From Spirogloea muscicola (taxonomy: Eukaryota): DNA of 20,000 nucleotides. The notes below the pieces were generated by a model. That model saw nothing but the letters and a program-made list of their open reading frames with translations, was not told the origin of the DNA and did no database searches. The position numbers were made by a program, and so were the translations under genes. The stretch is from contig WELB01000021.1 of NCBI GenBank assembly GCA_009602725.1, positions 850,415 through 870,414 of the forward strand, written 5' to 3'. This document shows, piece after piece, positions 19,720-20,000 of the stretch (its first letter is position 1; every line of letters starts with the position of its first letter).

Positions 19720-20000
19720 CAGCACGCGCGCGGGCTTCGCAGGCGGGGGTGACGGCGGCGGAAGAGATGGGGCTGGGGTCGGTGAAGGTAGCCTGTTGAC
19801 GGCATCGAGGGCGGAGAGGACGAGGAACCGCTGCGCCTAGGCAAACTTGGCCGGGGGAAGTTCGGGACTCCGGCTCCGAAGGCGGCGCCGAGAACGCGCG
19901 GGTGCGGCGGCGGCGGGCACGGCGGCGGCGACGGGAGCGACGGTGGCAGCGGGGGCCGGCGCAGGGGCAGGGTCGGGAGGGGGCCTGCACGCCGCCGCGA

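Larger units (their letters stand above)
15854..20000 (-). mobile_element. Non-LTR retrotransposon, RLE type, CRE-clade-like (family A); decayed; 5' end lies beyond the window
   Basis: Domains are collinear on the minus strand: zinc fingers; RT motifs GVRPIAIGEVLYRLVSR, KNAFNTV, GTRQGDPFASFFF, FADD and LLGVPIG; LPLSYGGLG; CCHC knuckle; RLE motifs LLLDVV and FFPLAIDTHG; then a 3' UTR of about 180 nt. No APE domain or LTRs seen. Confidence 0.93.
16032..20000 (-). pseudogene. Disrupted single ORF (ZnF-RT-CCHC-RLE polyprotein) of the CRE-like element
   Basis: Assembled from ORF-track pieces 19252..19725, 17319..19415, 16952..17428, 16199..16933 and 15846..16418. Disruptions: stop near 19838, frameshift near 19450, a compensating frameshift pair at about 18055-18115, frameshift near 17445, in-frame TAA at 16952-16954, frameshift near 16366. 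The natural stop (RGY*, seen as TGA at 5857-5859) is TGG here at 16034-16032. Confidence 0.9.

Overview
Eukaryotic genomic DNA, judged from GT-AG introns and a mosaic of CpG-rich and CpG-poor blocks. A green or streptophyte alga is plausible, but this is inference only. The dominant feature is a decayed, minus-strand non-LTR retrotransposon of the restriction-like endonuclease (RLE) type, most like the CRE clade, spanning about 15854 to beyond 20000. It has three N-terminal zinc fingers, an RT domain, a CCHC knuckle, a PD-(D/E)xK endonuclease and a short structured 3' UTR. The window also holds 5'-truncated 3' ends of the same family (A) and of at least three diverged sister families. These share a conserved 3'-UTR stem-loop motif (GGGCTGG..loop..CAGCC followed by a pyrimidine tract and GAGC), present about 16 times. 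Twice, family-A 3' ends lie tail-to-tail as long inverted repeats. The one at 15711-15991 is near-perfect and has a reiterated 17-nt unit at its centre, suggesting fold-back or reiterative copying. Between the elements lie two or three intron-containing, frameshifted, unidentifiable genes. No intact, recognisable host gene or RNA gene was found.
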